Below are positions 35,621 through 47,805 of a stretch of 64,000 nucleotides of DNA, one piece after another; positions within the stretch are counted from its first letter, which is position 1; the number at the start of each line of letters is the position of its first letter. Under the pieces are notes generated by a model. That model did no database searches, was not told where the DNA came from, and worked only from the letters and a program-made list of their open reading frames with translations. A program made the translations under genes and the position numbers. The DNA is from Eledone cirrhosa. Taxonomy: Eukaryota. The DNA is taken from positions 496,001 to 560,000 of the forward strand of contig OZ024765.1 of the NCBI GenBank assembly GCA_964016885.1, read 5' to 3'.

Positions 35621-36265
35621 TACATATATATATATATTAATACACACATATATATATTAATACATATATATACAGATAAATATTTAGAGAGAGAGAGAGA
35701 TATATAGAGAGATAAAAATAAACTAGCTTCCATTCCATTCAATACTTGTGAACTTCTATGTAATGCAAAGCGTAAGTAAATGAAATTAGAGACCTATTGT
35801 AGTTCTAAGCAAACTACAATAGTATTTTTCCCTGTCCGCCATACTCCCACCTTCCACTCTCGCGGCGTGAAGTGGTTACGACGTGGTTTGCAACATGGCT
35901 GCCACGAACGTTACATATCTTGTTATTTGCCGAGATTGTTCTACGTTCTTCGTTCTCCGTTCTTCGTTCTTTTCTCTCCTACATCCCAACTAACTAACCA
36001 ACCAACCAACCAACCAGTCACCCAAAATCAATAATAGATGTCCTTACCATTATCACTATCTACATTGTTAAGAATTGAACTGTTGTTTTTATGACAACGA
36101 GGTCGTACACTCTCGATGACAGTTCGTTAATCGCGGTGGTAAGAATTCGCTAACAAAAACTGTTAACATTCATGGCAGTGCATAAGTTGATCTCCTTTTA
36201 TAAACAATAGGAAATTATTCGCTCCGTGATTTGCCTTACACTCTAGCAACTAAAAGAATCGATAA

Positions 36266-36327
<62 letters not shown>

Positions 36328-36334
36328 ATATATA

Positions 36335-36383
<49 letters not shown>

Positions 36384-36408
36384 ATATATATGTGTGTGTG
36401 TATATATA

Positions 36409-36471
<63 letters not shown>

Positions 36472-36585
36472 ATATATATGAATATATATATATAACTAGT
36501 GTATATGTGAATATATATATATTTTTATTTACATATGTATATATATCTGTATATGTGTATATATATATGTATATATCTGTCTTCC

Positions 36586-36660
<75 letters not shown>

Positions 36661-36911
36661 CGTATATCTATGTATGTATACTTATATATACACACACATA
36701 TATACATAAACATATATATATAATACACACATCTATTTATACATATATATATTATAGTGTTAGCAATTGTAGTAGTGGGGTAGTAGTAGTAGTGTTGGTA
36801 GTGATGGTAATAGTAGTCGCAGTAGTCGTATTCGTGGTGGTGGTGGTGGTACTGCTGCTGTTGTTGTTGTTGTTGCTGTTGTTGCAGCTGCTATAATTGT
36901 TATCATCTCGC

Positions 36912-37232
36912 CGAATTCAGAGATCACAGCTCGGATGCTGCAGACATGAAGTTAGAATTTCTCAAGACAGAATCACCGACAGATGTGTTGATCTGAAATC
37001 AGAGGTTGGCTCCAGGTAGAGCTGCTACTTCTCTGAATTGAGAGATCACAGCTCAGAAACTATAGATATGTGGTTATGATATTGTAGGAAAGAATCAATT
37101 GAGATATTTGCAGCTCAGAGATGAAATGTCTTCTCCAGGTAACGCTGCTACTTCTCTGAATTGAGAGATCGCAGCTCAGATATTACGGACATGCGCTTAA
37201 ATTGTTTCAGAAAAGAATCAGTGGAGAGATTA
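36912..37232. repeat. Degenerate 123-bp tandem repeat (~2.6 copies)
   Basis: AGAGATC.CAGCTC at about 36918, 37041 and 37164; CTCCAGGTA..GCTGCTACTTCTCTGAATTGAGAGATC occurs twice. Confidence 0.75.
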
Positions 37233-37598
37233 TTAGAGAGATGTTAAGTGGTAGGGAAGTCAGTAGTTGACTACAAGCATGATGGTATCATTAAATCCAT
37301 AAGCTTGGCTGGTCTCGATAAGGGGATCAAAACTGGATCATTTCAAGACACTTCTATTAAAACCCCCTCGATGGCGTGTCTGGGGAGCCAGTCTCTCCGT
37401 CTCTCTTTATCTTTTCAATCTGTATATCTTCATCTCTTGTTATTTCTCTCAATCGATCTACCTATTTATCTATCTCTCTCTCGCTCTGTCTTTCTATCTC
37501 TCTATCTATATCTCTATATATCTACCTATCTATACATATCGCCATCCCTCGCTCTCTCTGTCTCGTTAGCGCTCCATCTATCTAGCTTACACTTTCTC

Positions 37599-37649
<51 letters not shown>

Positions 37650-37687
37650 ATCTATCTACCTATCTATCTATCTATCTATATATCTAT

Positions 37688-37992
37688 GAAAGGTGGGTGA
37701 AAGTGGCGAGAATGGCGCGAGTGAATGGGCCTTCTCTCTATATCAGCCTGTAGGTTGAGGAAAAGGAGGAGGAGAGGAAAGGAGTACAAACTCTTCGTAC
37801 TCCTGGAGATGAGGATTGCACATTTTTTCGGGGGTATGTGTTACCCATATGAAATGTCTCCCCCTATTGAGGAAAATCGACTAATTTTTTAAATTGCATT
37901 TGTGATAATATTTTACACGTTTTTATTGTATGTAAACTTCCCCCTTTGTATTTGTCCCCTTCTTGTGTGCCCCTGTGGCTAATAAAGAAACA
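37688..37992 (+). mobile_element. Tx1/L1-like LINE 3' end inserted in (TATC)n
   Basis: ERWVKVARMARVNGPSLYISL* (37688-37753), then a UTR ending GGCTAATAAAGAAACA and a (TATC)n tail. Confidence 0.55.
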
Positions 37993-38004
37993 TATCTATC
38001 TATT

Positions 38005-38072
<68 letters not shown>

Positions 38073-38073
<1 letters not shown>

Positions 38074-38173
38074 ATTGTATTGGTGATAATATTTTACATG
38101 TTTTTATTGTATGTAAACTTCCCACTTTGTATTTGTTTTATTCTTTTGTGCACCTGTCGCTAATAAAGGAACA
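38073..38173 (+). mobile_element. Shorter 3'UTR copy of the same (TATC)n-associated element
   Basis: TGATAATATTTTACA.GTTTTTATTGTATGTAAACTTCCC...CTAATAAAG matches 37900-37990 and is flanked by (TATC)n. Confidence 0.75.
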
Positions 38174-38647
38174 TATCTATCTATATATCTATTTATCTAT
38201 CTATCTATCTATCTCTCTATCTCTCTATCTACCTATCTACTGATCAATCTATCTATCTCTGTCTCTCTATCTACAATCTATCTCACTCTTTCTCTCTATA
38301 TGTATCTATATATCTATCTACCTCTCATTCTCCTACATACGCTGTTTCCCATAATTCCCCCATTCCAAATCACGTAAAGAAAAACGGGAATTACACGAGA
38401 GATACAGATAGATGCTTGAAGGTAGTTGGTATATTACAAGCTGTTTTATTGGCAATGATTATATGATCGATACTCATCAAGATACACTAGCAATAGGATT
38501 ACATCGAACTAATAGAATAAAAGTTTTTTTTTTAGATTTTTCTTTTCGTTTCGTTTTTCGTTTTCTCATTCTCTTCCGTGTTTTCTCTTTTCTATAGCGC
38601 AGTCTTTGGCGATGGCTGCCTTAATAATCACCTAATAACTAAATCTA

Positions 38648-38729
<82 letters not shown>

Positions 38730-38735
38730 TCTCTT

Positions 38736-38769
<34 letters not shown>

Positions 38770-38901
38770 TCTCTATCCCTCCCTCTCCTTCCTCTTTTCT
38801 TTTCTTTTCCTCTCTCATATCTTCTCTCTACCCTTTCATCATCTTCTCTCTCTGATTCTGTCACCCTCTCTATCTCACACATTCCGATTCTCCCTCTTAT
38901 G

Positions 38902-38977
<76 letters not shown>

Positions 38978-39055
38978 TTCTCTCTCTATCTTTCTCTCTC
39001 TATTTATATATCTCTCTCTCATTCATTCTTCATACCTGCCTCTTCCTCTTTTATG

Positions 39056-39098
<43 letters not shown>

Positions 39099-39112
39099 GT
39101 ATGTATGTATAT

Positions 39113-39214
<102 letters not shown>

Positions 39215-40139
39215 TCACACATATACATTTACATGTATATATATGTATATGCGTGTGTGTGTAAGTATGTGGGTGTGTGTCAGTGTGTGTGTGCTTATAC
39301 AAGTCTACGTGTATTTGTGTATATGTATATCTATGTAATAAACAAATGCGTGTGTATATACAGAACAATATATAAGATATATGCTGTGTGTATTTATGAG
39401 TATGCTTACGTGTATGTGTGTAGGAGTCTGTGTGTATGTGTGTGGGTGTGTAGGAGTGTGTGTGTGTGTGTGTGTGAGGTGTGTAAGAGTGTGTATACGT
39501 GTAGGAGGGGGTAAATACATTCACAGTAACAGCAGAGGAATTATATACAAATCTAAGTACTGCAGTAAATGTCACCACGTGTGATGTAGTAGAATATTTA
39601 GTATTACTTATACCTGGAAGCTATAACGTGTATTATTAAAGATACATCCTCCGTCGTTTAGCGTGATGAGCTACCAATCTTTCCTTCAACAGGTCGTCAG
39701 GAATGAAATAACAGATTAAAGTTTAATCTTCACATTTATTATTATTATTACTATATACATATATATATATAGTAATAATAATAATAATAAATGTGAAGGT
39801 TAAACTTAAATCTGTTATTTTAATAAATAAATATATATATATATATATATATATTTAGAAACACACAGATACATGCGGACACACACATATATACATGAAT
39901 GCATCCGCACCCAACTGTGAGTTAAGGGTGCCAACTTCACCGATGTTGCTCAATGAATGACTGGGACAGACCAATTCGGTTTGAACCAGACTGAACCAGT
40001 ATCAGAGTTAAAAATACATTATAAAGAGAGAAGAAACATTTAGATATAATTAGTAATAAAATGTATCATACCTAAACTGTTCCTAAATTCCTCGACTACG
40101 TAGTTTCGTGGCATAAACAAAAACAATATATCAAAGATA

Positions 40140-40387
40140 TAGAGTCCTTGCGAGGTCTGCCGACTTATCAAGAGGATACCTCATTTTACTAGTCTCAAGA
40201 ACGCGTCTACACGACGTGAGAAAGAATCCCAAAAGGCGGAGGGGGAGATAGTCACGCGATATAACGGTCGAGAAACAGAGCTAAGCCTCTTATAACCACG
40301 AAGAAAATACCACGGAGGCGGAGGGGGTATTCGTATCGAGGCCGTAGAAGAGGTAGTGAAGAAGGCGAGAAGTATGAGTAATGGAAG

Positions 40388-40449
<62 letters not shown>

Positions 40450-40630
40450 GATGGCGTAGATGGCGTAGAAAATACAATGCAACGGGAGGAAACAATAGCA
40501 CCACTGACGATGTTGCAGATGTGCAACAAAAGAACTTTGATAAACTATATATATGTGTTTGTGTCTATATTGTATCAGTATTATTTTTGACCGTTGGTCA
40601 GTCAATCGCAACATTGAGGACCGAATAAAT
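40140..40630 (+). mobile_element. Penelope-like pLTR remnant with degenerate hammerhead motif
   Basis: CpG-rich segment split by (TA)n. CTGACGA T GTTGCA gatg TGCAAC AAAAG at 40504-40532 (G of GAAA replaced by A); AATAAA at 40624. Confidence 0.45.
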
Positions 40631-40746
40631 TAGATTACCGATATAAAAGACACAGAAGCGAAAAGTGAAAACCAACCAAACAGTGAGTGTGTTCTGTTAT
40701 TAATTATGGCAATATTACACACATATGACCCTCCCCAAGTATAACA

Positions 40747-40782
<36 letters not shown>

Positions 40783-40929
40783 GTATGTATGTATGCATGT
40801 ATATATACATACATCGATATCTATCTATCTATCTATCCATCTATCTATATATATATATATTTTTATACATATTATATCTATCTTTATATATACATATGTA
40901 TAATCTATATCCATATCTATATGTATCTC

Positions 40930-40983
<54 letters not shown>

Positions 40984-40985
40984 TC

Positions 40986-41027
<42 letters not shown>

Positions 41028-41534
41028 GTGTGTGTGTGTCTGATGGCAGCTAAGGTGCTAACAACAACAGCAACTACAAAAACAACAACAGCAACAACAA
41101 CAACAACAACAGAAGCACCAACACCAATACCAATACCAGCGACAGCAACAGCAACAAAAACAGCAGAAACAATGATAATAACAATAATTAAATGTTTGTT
41201 GTTGTTGTTGTTGTTGTTTCTTAGCGGCACGGAGCAGATTATACACATGTGTGTGTGTATATAGTTGTGTATATGTACGTGCTGTGTGTGTGTTGTGTGT
41301 GTTTGTTGTGTGTTGTGTTTATATGTGGGTTTGTAGCTCTATGTAAATACGTTTATGTATATATTTATAAGTGTATACAAACAAATATACTTACAAACAA
41401 ATATATATATAAATATACAAATATACCTACAAACAAATATATATATATTTATATACATATATGTATACATACATACACACACATACATATATATATATAT
41501 ATGTGTGTGTGTGTACTTACATATATATATGTGC

Positions 41535-41579
<45 letters not shown>

Positions 41580-41600
41580 CACATATACGCATACATATAG

Positions 41601-41643
<43 letters not shown>

Positions 41644-41703
41644 TATACACATACACATATTTATATATATACATACATATATACATATATGCATATATAC
41701 GCA

Positions 41704-41751
<48 letters not shown>

Positions 41752-42286
41752 TATACACACACACACATACATACACACACACACATATATATATATACAC
41801 GCATACATACACACACATATATACACACATATATATATAGAGAGAGATATATATAAATAGTTCTTTATTTTCAGCTGAGTATGGTTTATGACTTGTTAAA
41901 ATTATTTTGACATATCGCCAAAAACACTGATTGCATTTTCTAGTTTCTTTCGTGTCGGAAAGATTTGAAAATAACAAATCTGTAAAAATTCCAAAATAAT
42001 TGTAATTTGCTCTATTCCGATTCCAATATAATTTGAGGAGGAAAAAGCAAAGATGTGAAGTGCTCAACGATATGAAATGCAACAGTTGGCTAAGGTTCCA
42101 AACTCGCTCTTAAGGAACCACGAATTTACATAAATGAATTTGACGAAAACAATATGGCCACGTAGTTTAGTTTTAGAAGATTTGCGCCATTTCTTTAGCA
42201 CGTTCTCACGTATTTGTCTATATGCGTATGTATGTGTATGTGCGTGTATATGTGTGTGCGTGTTGTGTGTATGTGTAAATGCATAC

Positions 42287-42388
<102 letters not shown>

Positions 42389-42654
42389 TGAAATAAGAGA
42401 TTAAAGTTTTCGAAAAGAATCGCTGCTTTCATCCTTATATACAACTCCTTCCTGGTAGTCTTCTTCTACCTCGTCCTCACACATTCCTTTCAGCTGTCTT
42501 CAATTCGGTTCCGCGTGCCAACCCTTACCTATGTCATAAACCTTGGGTAATGACCGAAAGAATCTAATCACGTATACATGTGATACAGACATACACACCT
42601 ACAGGTATGACAGACATTACAACGCTTGACTTATATAATTTATCTCTCCCCTTC

Positions 42655-43002
42655 TTTTCTCAGTCGACGTAATCGCCCCTTCCACACTCTGTCAACAGAA
42701 CCACCCCTCCTCCCTCAGTCGACATAACCACCCCTTTCTTCCTCAGTCGACATAACCACCCTTCCTTCCTCAGTCGACATAACCACCCATTCCCCCCTCT
42801 GTCAACAGAATCACCCCTCTCCTCCCTCAGTCGACATAACCACCCCTTTCTTCCTCAGTCGACATAACCACCCCTTTCCTCCCTTAGTCGACACAATCAC
42901 CCCTTCCATCCTCAGTCGACATAACCACCCCTTCCTTCCTCAGTCGACATAACCACCCCTTCCTTCCTCAGTCGACATAGTCACTCCTTCCTCCCTCTGT
43001 CA
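42655..43002. repeat. ~23-27-bp minisatellite CCTCAGTCGACATAACCACCCCTT
   Basis: About 13 units with a GTCGAC core; variant units CTCTGTCAACAGAA are interspersed. Confidence 0.9.
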
Positions 43003-43369
43003 TATTTAGAGTGTAATGGACAAATACACAAGGTTATTATATTAATAATTTAGAAATTGGTGACACCAGAAAACCTAGTATTAGTTTAAGGTGACTATAA
43101 CGACGGATGTAAGGAGAAACGCGGTTTATAATTTGTTTATTTAGACATCAGTGAGCTAAAAGCTCGACATAAAACGTGTTTAATATACAGTCAATACCGC
43201 AGTGAAGGTTTTAACATGGATGTCAACCAAGTTTGTGCTGTTTAAAATCTAATTCTGGACAGTTATAATCTTATATTTTCTGTCAAATACTGGGTTTTGG
43301 GTTTAGAATAATTGACTTATCCCCACTACTGGCTACATGCCTAATACGCATATATTTATACACTTTTAA

Positions 43370-43467
<98 letters not shown>

Positions 43468-43523
43468 GCGTGTCTGTGAGGATATGTGTATATATATATA
43501 TAACGTTTATCCCTATATTTCTG

Positions 43524-43643
<120 letters not shown>

Positions 43644-43880
43644 AGAGTCAGAGAGCGAGAGGGCGAGAGTGATAGAGTGATGGAGATAAATAGATATACA
43701 AACATAACAATCCCTTTGATATTTAAACGAAATATATAAACATCCGCAACACAAGCGTCCACACCCACCCACACAAACACACACAGACACACATATTTAC
43801 ATATATATATATGTATTTATATTACATATGTATATACATACATATATATATATATATAAATAGATACATACATATATATA

Positions 43881-43962
<82 letters not shown>

Positions 43963-43963
43963 C

Positions 43964-44108
<145 letters not shown>

Positions 44109-44109
44109 C

Positions 44110-44256
<147 letters not shown>

Positions 44257-44611
44257 CAATCGTACTGGAATCACGGTGTTTCACAAGTCTACACACCAGT
44301 TCTTATTTGGAAGACATCAAACACCATAAACTCTTGCAGAATCTTAAAGACAACTCTTCATAAACACCTGTAAATATTTGTCAAAATATTTATTCAATGC
44401 CAGGTGAGAAGATCTGAGATGTTCTCACACCTGGATACCTGTTGATTTGTAGAATGTCTTCTTGTCTAGTCTCATACCTGATAAACATCTGTGCGTCACA
44501 CTTTGATACATCTTAGCAATAATGTAAAACACACAAACGACCTTATCTCACTAGAGAATAAAAGAGCCTCAGTCTATGTCGAGGATGTGTGTTCGGTTGT
44601 TTAAATCTGTG

Positions 44612-44711
<100 letters not shown>

Positions 44712-44782
44712 GTAAAAGTTATATGTAATTTGTTGGGATACAGCAAGCAAATAATTTTATAAATAGTTTTATATATATAATA

Positions 44783-44828
<46 letters not shown>

Positions 44829-45495
44829 TATAAGATCAAAAGATGGTTAATAGAGTTCCATGTATTTTATTATGCGCATTTCAAAAACAAATATCATCAT
44901 GATATGACATTTGCGTTTTCGTCAGATAAAATAGGGAGACATGATATGAAGGTTAACAAACACCTGTGAATAGTGCAGTTTTAAATCAACATATGAAAAG
45001 TAATTTAAGATTGATGTGTGATATTGGGAAAAAAATGAGGGGGGTGGGGTGGAAAGGATGAACAAGAGGAGGAAATGAGAGTAAGAATGGTTGGGGAGGA
45101 GTATAATAAGGAAGGATGAGATAGGAGGAGAGATGGGTGATAGAAAGAGAGAGATAGCCTTTATAACTGAGAAAAATATATTGTTTCGCAGAGAGAGGTT
45201 AAGAAGCAGTTTGAAGATGATATATAATTTTAAAGAATTTGAAAATTGATGAAGAGAAAAACAATTAATGAAGAGAAAAAAATTAATTATGCTTTATTGT
45301 ACAACAATAAAACATAAATATATATATATATATAATGGTGTGTATGTACCACACCACCACCATCACCACCACTTCTACCCACAGCACCACCACCACCAGC
45401 ACCACCACCACCACTATCAACACCAATACCACCAACATCACCACACCACCACCACCACCGTTACCAACAACACCACCACCACCATAACCATCACC

Positions 45496-45695
45496 NNNNN
45501 NNNNNNNNNNNNNNNNNNNNNNNNNNNNNNNNNNNNNNNNNNNNNNNNNNNNNNNNNNNNNNNNNNNNNNNNNNNNNNNNNNNNNNNNNNNNNNNNNNNN
45601 NNNNNNNNNNNNNNNNNNNNNNNNNNNNNNNNNNNNNNNNNNNNNNNNNNNNNNNNNNNNNNNNNNNNNNNNNNNNNNNNNNNNNNNNNNNNNNN
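45496..45695. other. Assembly gap (200 N)
   Basis: Run of N. Adjacency across the gap is not guaranteed. Confidence 0.99.
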
Positions 45696-45808
45696 CAAGG
45701 GCATAAATAATCACAAGTGTTCCCTATATAGTTCGGAAAGAGTTTTGGGGGTTAAATCTACATCAAGATTCATTGCTCGCAAAAATATCTTGTTTTGATT
45801 TGCAGCAG

Positions 45809-46836
45809 TATATGTATATATATGTATGTATGTATGTATATATATATATATATATATGTATGTATATGTATATATGTATATATATATATATATATATGTA
45901 TGTATATGTATATATATATATGTATGTATATGTATATATATATATGTATGTATATGTATATATATATATGTATGTATATGTATATATATATATGTATGTA
46001 TATGTATATATATATATATATGTATGTATATGTATATATATATATGTATGTATATGTATATATATATATATATATGTATGTATATGTATATATATATATA
46101 TGTATGTATATATATATATGTGTATGTATATGTATATATATATATGTGTATGTATATATATATATATGTGTATGTATATGTATATATATATATGTGTATG
46201 TATATGTATATATATATATATATATGTATGTATATGTATGTATATGTATATATATGTATGTATATGTATATATATGTATGTATATATATGTATATATATG
46301 TATATATATGTATGTATATGTATATATATGTATGTATATGTATATATATATATGTATATGTATATATATGTATGTATATATATGTATATGTATATATATG
46401 TATGTATATATATATATATATGTATGTATATGTATATATATGTATGTATATATATATATATATGTATATATATGTATGTATGTATATATATATATATATA
46501 TATGTATGTATATGTATATATATATATATATGTATGTATATGTATATATATATATATATATGTATGTATATGTATATATATGTATGTATATGTATATATA
46601 TATATATATGTATGTATATGTATATATATGTATGTATATATATATATATATGTATGTATATGTATATATATGTATGTATATATATATATATATGTATGTA
46701 TATATATATATATATATGTATGTATATATATATATATATGTATGTATATGTATATATATGTATGTATATGTATATATATGTATGTATATGTATATATATG
46801 TATGTATATGTGTATATATGTATATATATATGTATG

Positions 46837-46869
<33 letters not shown>

Positions 46870-46886
46870 GTATGTATATATATATG

Positions 46887-46933
<47 letters not shown>

Positions 46934-47066
46934 GTATGTATATATATATGTATGTATATATATATATATATGTATGTATATATATATATATATGTATGTG
47001 TATATATATATATATATGTATGTATGTATATATATATATGTATGTATATATATATATATATGTATG

Positions 47067-47146
<80 letters not shown>

Positions 47147-47244
47147 TATGTATGTATATATATATATATATGTATGTATATATATATATATGTATGTATA
47201 TATATATATATGTATGTATATATATATATATGTATGTATATATA
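45809..47244 (+). repeat. ~1.4-kb compound (TA)n/TATG satellite, left flank of LINE
   Basis: Only T/A with interspersed G (TATGTATGTATATA...); G, not C, on the + strand. Confidence 0.95.
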
Positions 47245-47805
47245 AGAACTCTCCCTCCCACAGTCCACAAAGGTCGTCAAATCCTACCCAAACCATCATC
47301 TACACCTCTCACAACACCCACACCCATATACCCACCCACTCGAAACCCCATCATTTGCCGCTACTCTCTACGCTATAGAATATGTACGGATAGTGGCTGC
47401 AAATTCACCCATTTACCTAGGACAAAACGATCTATCCCCACAAACAGCCACCACCATAATACATACTCTAATTTAACACCAACACAACCACCAATAACTC
47501 AAACAAGGAATCCACAAATCTGCCGTTTTTCCCTGCGAGACAGATTGTGTTTAGACCGGGATTGTCCCTTTACCCATCTCCCGGGGACCCGTCGGATAAA
47601 TGAAAATAAAAGCAAAAACAAAAACCATAACCTACATAAAAATAACCACTACCACAGTCACCAACAGTCTTCTAAACAGGAAACTTCTTCCTCTTTTTTA
47701 GCCATAATGAATCTGGCAAAAGAACTGGAAAAAAACATTCGAGCTATCACCCAGCACCACCCTCCACTATCACCCCACTGCACAAACTCCCATTGCTGCC
47801 ATTAA
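47245..47805 (+). CDS. LINE ORF1 C-terminal part with two CCCH zinc fingers (5' end missing)
   Basis: Real part of ORF 45826..47805: Pro/Thr-rich linkers, [19 protein letters not shown] (47356-47412) and [19 protein letters not shown] (47521-47577), both C-x8-C-x4-C-x3-H. Stop TAA at 47803-47805. Confidence 0.8.
   Translation, partial: RTLPPTVHKGRQILPKPSSTPLTTPTPIYPPTRNPIICRYSLRYRICTDSGCKFTHLPRTKRSIPTNSHHHNTYSNLTPTQPPITQTRNPQICRFSLRDRLCLDRDCPFTHLPGTRRINENKSKNKNHNLHKNNHYHSHQQSSKQETSSSFLAIMNLAKELEKNIRAITQHHPPLSPHCTNSHCCH
47694..47736 (+). other. Candidate -1 ribosomal frameshift sites (T TTT TTA 47694-47700; A AAA AAC 47730-47736)
   Basis: Both heptamers are in X XXY YYZ phase relative to ORF1 codons (TCT TTT TTA; GAA AAA AAC). 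The -1 frame is ORF2 and is stop-free from 47676. Confidence 0.55.

Noticed and set aside
36912-37232. 123-bp repeat as a 41-aa coding repeat
   Set aside because: No ORF spans the units in the ORF track, and the frame I checked hits a stop.
42655-43002. CRISPR-like array
   Set aside because: No unique spacers, no cas genes, and a eukaryotic context; it is a plain minisatellite.
45826-47244. N-terminal 470 aa of the 659-aa ORF as part of ORF1
   Set aside because: This is satellite sequence that happens to be in frame; only 47245-47805 is element-derived.
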